DNA of 64,000 nucleotides from Marsupella aquatica (Eukaryota; Plantae; Marchantiophyta), in the NCBI GenBank assembly GCA_973895155.1, contig OZ316895.1, positions 13,131,186 through 13,195,185 on the forward strand, in the 5' to 3' direction. Every line of letters starts with the position of its first letter. Positions within the stretch are counted from its first letter, which is position 1. The position numbers and the translations under genes are program-made. Positions 17,436-28,861 of the stretch are shown here, one piece after another. Below the pieces are notes generated by a model. That model worked only from the letters and a program-made list of their open reading frames with translations, was not told where the DNA came from and did not search any database.

Positions 17436-18180
17436 AACCTCATCCCCACTTGGGGATAATGGGCTCTAACCCCCTTACTCTCAAGGCACCTATTACATTC
17501 CATTACCATTTCTTGGGGATGGGTTACCCTACTATACGGACCTGAATAAACACGAGTCAAATTATGTACTCTCAGGACCTCATCCACACTTGGGGATAAT
17601 GGGCACTAACCCCCTCAGGCTCAATGCCGTGGATTACATTCCAATAACATTTCTTGGGGATGTGTTACCCTACTTTTCAGACCTGAATTAACACATTTCT
17701 TGCGGATGTGTTACCCTACTTTTCAGACCTGAATAAACACAAGGCAAAGTACTCTCAGGACCTCATTGCCACTTGGGGATAATGGGCACTAACCCCCTCA
17801 GGCTCAATGCACATGGATTACATTCCATTACCATTTCTTGGGGATGTGTTACCCTACTTTTCAGGCCTGAATAAGCACTTGGCAATTATAGTACTTTGAG
17901 GACCATCCCCACTTGGAGATAATGGGCATTTACCCCCCTGGAGCTCAACCCACCTTTTGATTATATCTCATTACCCCCTCTTGGGATGGGTTACCCTACA
18001 TCCCCTTACCCCCTCTTGAGAAGGGTGACCCTACTTTGGGGGCTCAACCCAGACTCCCCTTACCCCCTCTTGAGATGGGTGACCCTACTTTGGGGGCTCA
18101 ACCCAGACTGGATCACATCCCATTACCCCTCTTGTGAATGGGTTACCCTACTTTTCAGGCCTGAATAAACACGAGGCAAA
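17436..18180. repeat. ~140-bp satellite-like tandem array with nested sub-duplications
   Basis: Unit cctcatccccacttggggataatgggcactaaccccc...gttaccctacttttcag.cctgaataaacac starts at ~17438, 17578, 17761 and 17902. A ~54-bp sub-unit is duplicated at 18001-18110. Confidence 0.9.
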
Positions 18181-18540
18181 GTTTTGCGATAGCGGCCAAA
18201 CGAGCCCCAACGGGTGGAGATGCTCTATTATAAGTGACTCCCCACCCTCCAGAGTAAAACACACAGAAACATGTGCATCACAATCATGAATCATGGAATG
18301 GAATGGAATGGAGCACAAATGCACAATCATACCGAGCGAAGAAGGCAATGGAAAGGAAGGGAAGGTCGGAAAGTCTGTCAACGAGAGATGTTAGGTGGGT
18401 CGCCGGAATTTAGAAACAATTTCTGCGCTTACACGGAATGAATGATGCGATGACTTGTACAAAGGGTACAGTACTCCCCCGCTGATTCCCCTCACAGATT
18501 CACGAACTACACTGTGCTGCTACCCCACTAATCCAGCCTA

Positions 18541-18569
18541 CTCCTCTCCTCTCCTCTCCTCTCCTCTCC
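18541..18569. repeat. (CTCCT)n microsatellite
   Basis: ctcctctcctctcctctcctctcctctcc. Confidence 0.9.
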
Positions 18570-21500
18570 AGCTCTCGCTCTGCTCCAGCGAAGCCAGCTT
18601 TAGGAATGAAACAATCTCGACTTCTGGAGCTCTGTATCACTCTTGTCTGTCGATCGATCGATCGGCATTGCTGCGCTGCTGCTTTCTTCAAGGGATCGAT
18701 GCTCGAAGCTCCTCTCGTCAGGTAGTTCCTTGTGCTCTCTCGCTTTCGCTCAAGCTTCTTGGAGCTCGAGGCTTGTCGGTTTGGTTTCCTGCGATCGATG
18801 GTATGTTTGTGGGCGCGCGATTCCAATTGGTCACACTAACGGGAGAGGTTACAGAGGATTTGTGGGCCACCTCGGGAACATATTTGTGTCGGGGCGCGCG
18901 CTTCCGATTGGTTTCGTAAAAGGAAGAGGTGACGGAGGATTTGTGGGCCACCTCGGGGAACAGCTGGTCCGACCAAGCTAGAGCACCGGCTAACAAAGCG
19001 TAGCATAGCATAGCTGCGAAGGAATGCAGTGCTGCTGTGTGGAGAATTCAGGCAACGGCGGTGGTATAGAGAGGATTCAAAAGGGCGAGCACGGATCTGT
19101 GGTGACAGACGGAGAGAGGGACGGTTTGCCTTGCAAGCAAAGCACTGTGGCGTAGACAGGCGGGATGCGCACCTCAGCTCAACACGTCGCTGCTTAGAAG
19201 CTCGTTACGTGAGTAAATAAAGTGGACCTGCTGCTTTGCGATGGATTCGTACAATGACGAGAAGAGGTCGCTCATGAGCCCGCGAAATTGTTCCAACTCA
19301 TAGCGTGAAGGGAATGACCTCTCCAGCTCGGACCTCGGCGTGGAGATTCTGTAGCGAGGTATGGATGATATCCGTTGTGCCGCTCTCTGGAATTGCAAGC
19401 TTTCCGACGGACGGACATGAGTGCACTAGAAGGTGGGATGGTGCTGAGTTGATTGGAAAAGGCATGTTGGAGATAGATGTAAGTACCACGGACAGCTGCA
19501 GGAATACAAGCTGAGAAAGGGAATTCTGTGAAGGTGCGCACCCGACCAGTGGAGGACAAGTCGTTGTCAATCCGCCGCAGTTGATGCGCTCGTGAAACCG
19601 TGCTTAGGCGCACTTTTGTCGACTACAAAGAAAGATAAAAGTTGATGCAGGGACGACGGTGGAGGAGGGAACATGCTGGCAGGCTAGGCCAGGCTGGCGG
19701 TGTGCATTTCGTTTTTCACAGCTCCTAACTCTGGGGTCAGTGGATTCCTTTCCCACTCTCTCGCGAACTTCACTTCCTGTCCATACTGTCGGAAGCACGA
19801 CAGGTCGCTTCCATCGGTCTTCAGACTTCACCCGCCCTCCTCCAATGTCAGTGACTGAAATCTGAATTCCCGAAGACCAGGCTTTTGTTGCTAAGCTTGT
19901 TTCCATCATATTGCAAGAATCAAGAATGGATAACATTTACGGTCAGAGGCACCTTGTGACTGAGTATTTTGACCTCCCATCCCCGTTCTTATATTTGAGC
20001 ATTCTTGTGGAAAGCAGCGAATTTATTTGGGCAAGGGGTGGGGTACTGACACAAGGTGCATTCTCTCTAGAGACATCATGAGTATCAAGAGAGAACACCA
20101 GTAATCTAACTGCAGCTCAACTGTTTCTCCGTAATCATCAGCGTTTCCTTCCTATGCTTAATTAATTAATTCTTTCAGGTTTCCTATTATGAGTACGGTC
20201 GTTCATCTATTGCTCGCTTTTACTTCTGTCCTCCGAAAATACTACCGTTAGATTGTACTTTTGGACAGAATTTCTCTCTCTTTTCGCTCTCTCATATTTT
20301 TCAAGCTCTGTGGTGTGAGTCTGCCTGTTCGTTCCTTGCTCTCGATTCGTGCTCACTCTCCCCACAGCTTGACTTCGGTCCTCCAAAATATTATCGTCAG
20401 GACCTGTATTCACAGAGAAAGGACCACAACAGACAGACGTGGGGGAAACGGACAATCCACGCCGGAGTGGGGAACTTCTCATCTCTACGCGCGGTGCTTG
20501 CTGACTCGCGGCACGCTTGGGTTTTTGGCCAGGGTTTAGACCCAGCTGGTAGCACACTAATTTCGCATAGCTTCGTGGTTGCTCAGGTTTTTGAAGAGAG
20601 GAAAACAGTCATGTTAGCGTTCCGGAATCTAACCCGTAGAAATTCCCGGGGCTTCCTGGTTTTGTACAGGTATAGCTGATTTGGTGGATTCGAAACAGCA
20701 GTCGTTTGAAGACAATGAATTCGGCTTCGTCGTTTGCTGCTGGAGCTCAGGATCAGCTTGATGTTGATGTTTGTTGACTGCTCCTCACGGGAGGTAATGT
20801 TGGGAGACGAGAGCTACCTTAAGATGTTAAATAGTGTGCTGTTTTTTGTTGTACAACGTAACGGATCGTGGCGAGATCTTGTCCGCGGGAAGAAGGCCGT
20901 TTCAGAATTGCGAATCCCATCTTTGGATCCGCTTTGAAGGTCTCGTGAAATAGGAAGAGGAAGTGGAGCTTGACAGTTGAAACTAGCACGAACGTCGTCG
21001 TTTCCCATAATCCCTTGGAGCAAGTCCCCCACTATCTTTACCAGCGCATCTTTGGGATTTTCTAGTAGTCCTCGGTTTTAGCGTCTTTTGAAGATGGCGC
21101 GGAAAAGTCTTGTGACCCATGTCCACAAGTTCGTTCGCTCATAACGACAGCTATAAGCACTTCCCCGTAGGCCTTGTAAGTTTCTCTTCTTCACTCCTGA
21201 CGAGAGTTCCATGGGAAAAATCTTTCGATCATTTTTCTGGTGGCCACAGAGCTCTAAGTAGCCGTGGCTCTGTATGTTACGATGACCTGAGCGCTATAAA
21301 ACAGACTACCGTGAACTTTCTCACCAACCTCTTTCAATTATTGATAGAAGATTTTCGTTTGGTGGAAGGAGGCTTGTAGACTGACGGCTAGGTATCTTTA
21401 AGAACTCTTGTACTCATTATTCTATTTGAGGGTCAAAAGTAGATATTTACTCGTTGGGATCTTACGTTCGTCGCCTTCCCATGACACTTTCTCGGATTCT

Positions 21501-21678
21501 GGCAGGTTTGTACGGATACATTTGTAAATGTGAAGTCCAGTGCGACGAATTTATTACTGAACCACCCTCTTGTCTTTACTTTTCTCCCGTGCAGATTATT
21601 GGCTCTTTCCATTAGCGACTGAACATGTTTTTGTCGAATCTGCTACCCTCTGCACCGACGAGATTTTAGTCACGCAAG

Positions 21679-24600
21679 ATGTCATCCATTCAGGATATTG
21701 TGACAGCGTTGGCGATCAATGGTACGGTCTCGACGGCATTGATATGTGTTTATGCCGTTCTGAAGAATCAGCCAATAAATACCCGCGTGTACTTCGCAAA
21801 ATGGGTGAAAATGGGCTTAGATGCGGGTCCTCAGGCCCCCAACCCGAAAAATCGGCGCATAGGGCGTTATATCAACTTAAACTTAAGAACCTATATACAC
21901 ATCATGGATTGGATAAGATCAAGTTTGAGAATGCCGGAGGCGGAACTTATTGAGCACGGAGGTCTCGATTCTGCCATATACCTGCGGATGCTGATGCTTG
22001 GGTAAGTGCAAATCCTGGTTTGCTTGGTTCTCTTCTCAATTCATGTACAAAAATTTTACCATTGGCATGAGTACTTCGTCAACCATTGCACCATAGATAC
22101 CAGAGAAGCGAACTTGTAAATTTTACATCCGAATCTACCCTCTGATAGTTTCGAGCAGTAACCTCAGATAAGCTGTGAGGGAATGTCAGCACCACTCCAA
22201 TTGAAGCTACTTTTTGAAAGTCTGTGTTGAGCTGTTACCTCGCGTGCTGAATTTTCTTCCTTCTACGCAACAGTCACCCATTTTTTATTCAAAATACCAC
22301 ACAAGTGCTAATGTGGACAATTGGGGACACTATCTTTGCGCAGGATACAAATCTTTGTTCCAATGATGGCATATAGCTTTCTTGTCCTCGTTCCCATCAA
22401 TGTGACAGATCGCAAGTTAAGAGATGAGCAAAATGACCGTGCTGATTTTACTTACAGTTCACTCGACACTATCACTATTTCAAATATTCAAAACCAATCT
22501 TCAAGGTATATTTTGTCCTCACTTGTCCAAGTTCTTCTGCATTTACTTTTCTTTAAGATCTTTGTTTATCATGTCAGCACGAGCCTGAATGCTTAATAGA
22601 AATGATGACAAAAATCGTCATACATGATCATTTTGACATACATAATATCCCATCCTTCTTTCAAATTAAATTCGGTGGGGCCTTAGAGTCACTGCCTACA
22701 GGCTTCATTCTAGAAGCCTAGACCCCAACTCTATCTTCTCATCGCGATTAGTTATACAGAGGCGATCCCGCGCGCCACTGGCTGAAGATTAGTCATAACC
22801 AGATCTTTTCTAGGGTGTCAAAAGTGAGCGTTTGTTGGCTTCATGTGATTCCACAGAGCTGGTTTTCTAAGGGATTAAATACGCAACTGCTGTCACCACG
22901 CTTTCCTGTTAGCTTGGGTGATCTGAGGCTTCCAATTTGATCCAGGGCAGATTGTGGGCACATCTTATAGCTGCGTATTTGTACACTGCATGGACGTGTT
23001 GGCTGTTATTCCGTCTTTATCGGACCCTTGTGACTTTGCGATTTGACTTCCTCGCTTCCCAAGAAAGACGACCAGACCAGTTCACGGTAAAGAGCTTTAT
23101 TACCTATGGACCCTTTAGTACAGCGAGGATATCGCGTGCCCTCTGTCGGTACATCTGTTGAAGTAAAAGCGAACAGCAAGTGTAGATAACTACGACTGGA
23201 TACGCCTTCTGTACTTTTTTTCGACTCATAGTTTACACAAATCTTTCAATCTCATTTTTCATCTAACAGCCCTTTCAGTTATCCTAATTATAAATATATT
23301 AACGTCTCCTTGCAGATCCTGTGTCGGTGTATACCAACGGATCCAGACGAGACTGTAACAGAGCACGTCGACCATTTTTTTCGAGTGAATCATCCAGATT
23401 ACTATGTTTTGAATCAAGTAAGTGTTTGTACTCCTATTCCTACTTCCTATCTTCTTGACAGCCAGCATTGAATGACTTTGTATTATTCAAATTTCTTTGT
23501 GAATGTTACCAAGCCTTCAGCTTGTCAACCTGAAGATCAGGTAAGGAGAAACAGTATTGATTAACAGAAAGTAGCTGAATCGATAGACGAGATGGATTCG
23601 TGAAATTCTTTTAGGTGGTCTTTCGTGGATTGGGTGACAGAAAAGCTTTGGTCTGAATACATGCCTGCTTTCATACACAACGAAACAAACTGCAGAAATT
23701 CTACGAACTGGAATCCTTGTCATGACACTCGACGTACGCATCGGAGTTGAAGGGCCAGTATAGCGCATATATCTGCATTAGAGAGTTTGTTTTTATATCT
23801 AGTCTCTGGTCAAAAATTTGTGGGAAGTTTGTCTAAGATATGCCGTGGTTTGTAGGTCGTATATAATGCAAATACACTATCGAATTTAGTGGAACAGAAG
23901 AACAGTTATAAAAACAGTATTACGTACGTTGAAGGTGTTATCGCCAGGGCATCGTCGACAACCACGCCCAGGCCTACGAGAAAGGTACGCTCAAATGTTC
24001 CCTCGCTTGGGTTCATATAACCCGATCTCGATGAAGGGGTTCATCGTATGGTTCCGCAGAGGTTGACGATTCGTCTGATTGTCGATTGCACCGACATTCT
24101 CTGCGAGTGGTCGTAATAACTTGTCTTGGAAAATTGACTATGAGAGAAATGAAATTCCAGCGCTGGCAGCACAGACTATCTTATGGAAAGCAAAATAAAG
24201 CAGACTTTATTGGCCAGCTAGTATCTAATTTGAAGATTCGTGCTAGAAAAACCAAAATTTGGTTCTTGGCGCTGAAGTCATGTGGTTCTTTTTAATCGTG
24301 TTTCTGTTTTCTGTGAGTCATGAAATGCTGGCAATTTGATTGAATGTAATGTCTTGCAGAAAGGGTTCTGGGGTCTGTGGGGAGAAAGAGTCGACACACT
24401 CGACCTTTATCTGCAAAGACGCGACGAGCTAACTGAGAAGGTAGATTTCTGTCTATTTTGTCCTTCGTGAACCCTGTGGACTCTAGATGGTAATCCTCAA
24501 TTGCGACACCCTTTGGGAATGATTTTGATACTTTGTAGTGACAAAATTACATGGGCATGTTGTGAGCATATTTGCAGATACGAAATGAGCGCATCAAAGT

Positions 24601-26966
24601 CCTGAGTAATCCGAAGTCAGTAACGCCAGCTGCATTTATCTCATTCAAGAATAGGTGGGCAGCAGCTGTGTGTTCTCAAACCAAGCAAGCAAAAGACTCA
24701 TCAACGTGGCTGACGGAATGGGCTCCAGAGCCCCGTGATGTGTACTGGTCAAACTTGCCCATTCCATATCTGCAACTAAATTCGCGTAGGCTAATTAGCC
24801 TGGTCCTGCTCGTGGTTATCATCATTTTCTTCCTTATTCCGGTGACATTCGTGCAATCACTGGCCAATCTGGACAAAATTGAAAGGAATCTTCCTTGGCT
24901 CAGGCCACTCATTGACTTGTAAGTTGTTTTGCCTTCGTCTCGACAACTGATTTCGATGTTCGCTTCACTGTACAAAATGGTCGTCTTGACTTACTGTTGT
25001 TGAATTCAAAATTTCCATTACGAGAATAAACATATAAGAACATATCCGGTCGGCTGAATCTGAGCAATTCACGTTTGGTGTTGCAGGGGATTGATAAAGT
25101 CAATACTGACAGGTTTTTTACCCGGCTTGTCCTTGAAGATATTCTTGGCAATCATGCCAACGATTGTCTGGTACTTGGCAGTATTGGAGGGCCACGTTTC
25201 CTATTCAAGGATTGAAAAGCACGCCTGTATCAACTACCTATTGTTCATGCTTGTAAATGTCTTCTTGGGAAATCTTCTCACAGGCTCAGCAGCCGAACAG
25301 CTGAAGCTTTTTATCCAGACTCCAACTTCGTATGTAACTCCTTATTTTATCTGCACAGATTTCTAATGAATGTGTTGTTTGTTGTCCATTCCATGCCTAC
25401 TAAACGATCATGCTTTTTTAGTTGGTATGATTTCCCTGGCATGCCTTAGGTTGAAATTCACGTGAGGGCTTCAGGAATCGAAGAATGTGCTGGTATGGAT
25501 TTATGTATGTATGGTGGTTTGTCACGAAAATATACTTATCCCAATAGACGAATTTTATTTTTCTTGGTCCAAGCGCTAAGTTGGAAGCGATACTTTGGCA
25601 GGATTCCTAATGTTCTTGGCCAGGGCATTGCTCAGAGAGCGACCTTCTTTATCACATATATTATGGTCGATGGTTGGACGAACACTGCAGGGGATCTCGT
25701 TCGGACAATACCGTTTCTTTTCTACCACTTCCAAAATGCAACTATGGTGCGGACTGAGGTCGACAGAGACAAGGCCACTCCAATCGGTTTCATTAGATAT
25801 ACAATTGCACTACCTCGATTGGGCCTTTATTTCCTGCTGGGTTTTGTGTATTCCACAATATCACCATTGATTCTACCCTTCATAATTGTTTACCTCGGAG
25901 CTGCATATGTTGTCTATCGAAACCAGGTGATTAGCTCTCTCTTTGAGATTCTTTCAAAGTCATTTCTTCTTCACCTGGCCACTCTAAAGCTGCACACTTC
26001 GTCTAAAGTGCTGGCTTTAGGCTTTCAGGTGTTCAATAGCAGACCTGAGCTTTTGCTAGTGCTGGCTTTCGTTGAGCAACCACAGATTCGTATGAAAACT
26101 GATGTCTTTGAGGTGAATGGTTTTGGGATGTCAGATTATAAACGCATACGAACAGAAGTATGAAAGTGCAGGCGCGTATTGGCCAGTCATGTTCGCATAC
26201 GCCATCATCGGTCTTGTGACAATGCATTTCACCTTGATTGGATTAATGGCTCTGAAGCATGCAGTAGCATCAACCCCGTTTTTGATACCTCTGCCAATCT
26301 GCACGATTTTGTTCTGGTATTATTGCAGATCCAGATTTGAAAATGCATTTCGCTGCTATCCATTAGAGGTCAGCCTTGAACAAATCCATCCCTCTCAAGC
26401 AAGAGTTTACATCGCTTTGGCTAACGATTTTTGTTGCAATGACCTTGACATGTTCGTGTAGCTTTTGATTATTAGGTCTGCCCTTTTGTGCGAGATTAAA
26501 TAAGGGAGGATCCATTGAGTGCATTTTTTTGGAACAGTTTTGTCATCAAATCGTATCTTTTCCGATTGTCCTAATAATAGTGTCTGGACAGGAAGCAAAA
26601 GCAAAAGATATTATTGAAAGGGCGCGTGAGCCGGACCTCGATTGCTCACAGTTTCTGGAGACAGCATATATGCATCCGGCCCTCAAAGCAGCGCTCACAG
26701 GAGAGGGAGACATGGATGAGAGCGATTCAGAGGAAGCTGTGGCCCAGATTCGGAACAGTCCGGTCTTTCCTGGCCGAAATAGTGACAATGGTAGCTCGAG
26801 CAGTAGAGGCTCGTCAACAGAGAGGAAACTATTGTCTTCAAGGGGTTCACCATCGAGTCGTCCATTGACGCCAAGTCGGTTAATGTCTTCTGAGAGTTCA
26901 ACACCGATTCGGCAGGGAAGTTTGCAAGAAAGCGCACCGGTAGGAAAAGAGTCATCTAATGTCTAG
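21679..26966 (+). CDS. OSCA1/CSC1 (DUF221/TMEM63) hyperosmolality-gated calcium-permeable channel, 11 exons
   Basis: Exons: 21679-22001, 22344-22505, 22951-23086, 23316-23417, 23856-23984, 24360-24440, 24578-24918, 25087-25329, 25602-25926, 26135-26368, 26592-26966. Motifs QPINTRVYFAKW, ELIEHGGLDSAIYLR, RRPDQFT, GFWGLWGERVD, WLTEWAPEPRDVYWSNL, ATFFITYIMVDGW, YVVYRNQIINAYEQKYES, AYMHP are typical of the OSCA1 clade. Confidence 0.95.
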
Positions 26967-28861
26967 CCAAATTATAATAGTAAAGCACTCAAGAATGTAT
27001 ATATGGGGGCGCCTTAAAGCCCAGTAGATACACAGTCCCGAAGTTAGGCAGTTTTAGAGGTTCACTGGGCACATTGATTGACAGATAGAAAAATTGAGGC
27101 GAGTTCCGGTCAGTTCTGTATATGGTACGTCCCAACTTTTGGCCAACTCAGCATGTTTTTGTGCTCATCGAGCAATGTTGTTAGCTGGGAATGATTTTAG
27201 GCTGCCTCGCTATTGTACCATATTTTACCCCGTCCTAGCTTGAATTCAAGCAGAACCTGCGATCGAAAGCACAGATATTGTGTACGGCTTAGTGGAAAGG
27301 ACTGGCAATTGTTTCCAATTTGGAAAAATTTACTCTAATCCAAATTCAAATGCCACTTCGCGTTCAGTGAGAAGGCTTGCCTTCAACCATATTCTTTTGT
27401 TTCTTGCTATCCGGAGGAAGTGGAGGGTGTTGAAACAGCAGTCCTGGCAGCCAATCTGATATCGTGTACCAAAAGCCCACTCCAGAGGCAAAGTTGCAAC
27501 AACCAACTTGAAGGTGTTCGAAGCGTGAAGGGAGGCTGACTGCAGAAATTGTGGAAAGGCATGGTAACAAGGTCCGAATGACAACAAGCTTAACCCTTTA
27601 TAAAGGAGGCCAACCTTTATCCAAGACAAAGCGAAGGACACGCAGAAAGTATTTTGGGTGTACAGTGACCAACTCAGATCGCCATAGTTTCTGGAGTTAT
27701 TTGAGCTGAACAACAGTCCCGCATGATAAAAGAATCATGGCCAGATAATCAGGTGTCCTCGGATGCTTGATGGGGTTTGATCACAATTATAAAGCTGGAA
27801 GAAGCTGCCTGTGTAGCAGGAAGTATAGCTGGTGTCTAACATCACACGGCTCCTTGTAACGAGGACGGGTGGGATCAGTCCCCATCTTGCACGTGAGCCT
27901 TTTAGATCACTACTCTGATTGTTACTTACCATCAGGTGAGCAGTCAATATTCGTTATTGTTCGTGAACTTTATGTGATCATAGTGGCCCATTCTTCCGAT
28001 AGATAGTTCCTCAGCGTCATCTCAGCAATGGGGCCCTTGCTCTTGTTATTCATCCTTACTTCATGTGAGCAAAGCCGGGTGGTGAGAATGTTTTTCTTAT
28101 TGTTTCAACCTTCACATAGCCAGCACTAGTGGCTTTTCGGCTTTTACCTCAAAGCAAGAAACTGTAGTGAATCCTAAGCCATCGCAGCTATAAGGTTTCA
28201 CCTGACGATTATGTCAGTGAATACGATCAGTTCTTACTCAGTGACTGCACTTTACCGATTACCATACTCCTGATGCTGATATAACTGGCTTCACGACGAG
28301 TCCTCGAAGATTTTCTACTTTGTGGTAGTTTGCCAAATGAGAGGAAATTCTGAAACAGAAGAGGTCATCACTTAAATACTCATCACAAACTTTGAATCAG
28401 GGTAGCAGAAGTTTATACATGCACAATTGGTTGTCCAAGTATGTTCTGTATTCGTATCATCTATGAGCCATTTGGTCCCAGCACGTGCGATAATTTTCCC
28501 AAATAAATCCAAGGAATTGCAGTGAGTGTGGTACATTGCGTTCGTATTTGTTTAAATCTATAACTTCAAATTCTTGTGTTTGCACGATACTCTTCAGTTA
28601 CTAATTTTGGTGTTCTTCATATGAAACTTGAATCAATCTAGGTCGTGGTAAGGAGAATGAATGACTTTTATCTCCACAGAGACCCCACACGGCCCGAAAA
28701 CTAACGCTATTTTTACAGTCCAAGATTGCAAGGCAGACCAGTAGGTCAGCAAATAGGGAACTACTAAGAAGATCTAACTCCTGATCGTCACTAGGTGTCC
28801 GATCACTCTGGTGATTTCTGTCAAAGCCTTCGGTGACGGTCTAACCAATTCTAAGGAGGAG

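Noticed and set aside
20100-20150. Minimal hammerhead-like core on the minus strand (ctgatga-ttacgga-gaaac)
   Set aside because: There is no proper stem II, and no stem III with an NUH cleavage triplet can be formed.
27330-27947. Short minus-strand ORFs between the OSCA and O-fucosyltransferase genes
   Set aside because: No recognisable domain; more likely 3' UTR or intergenic sequence.
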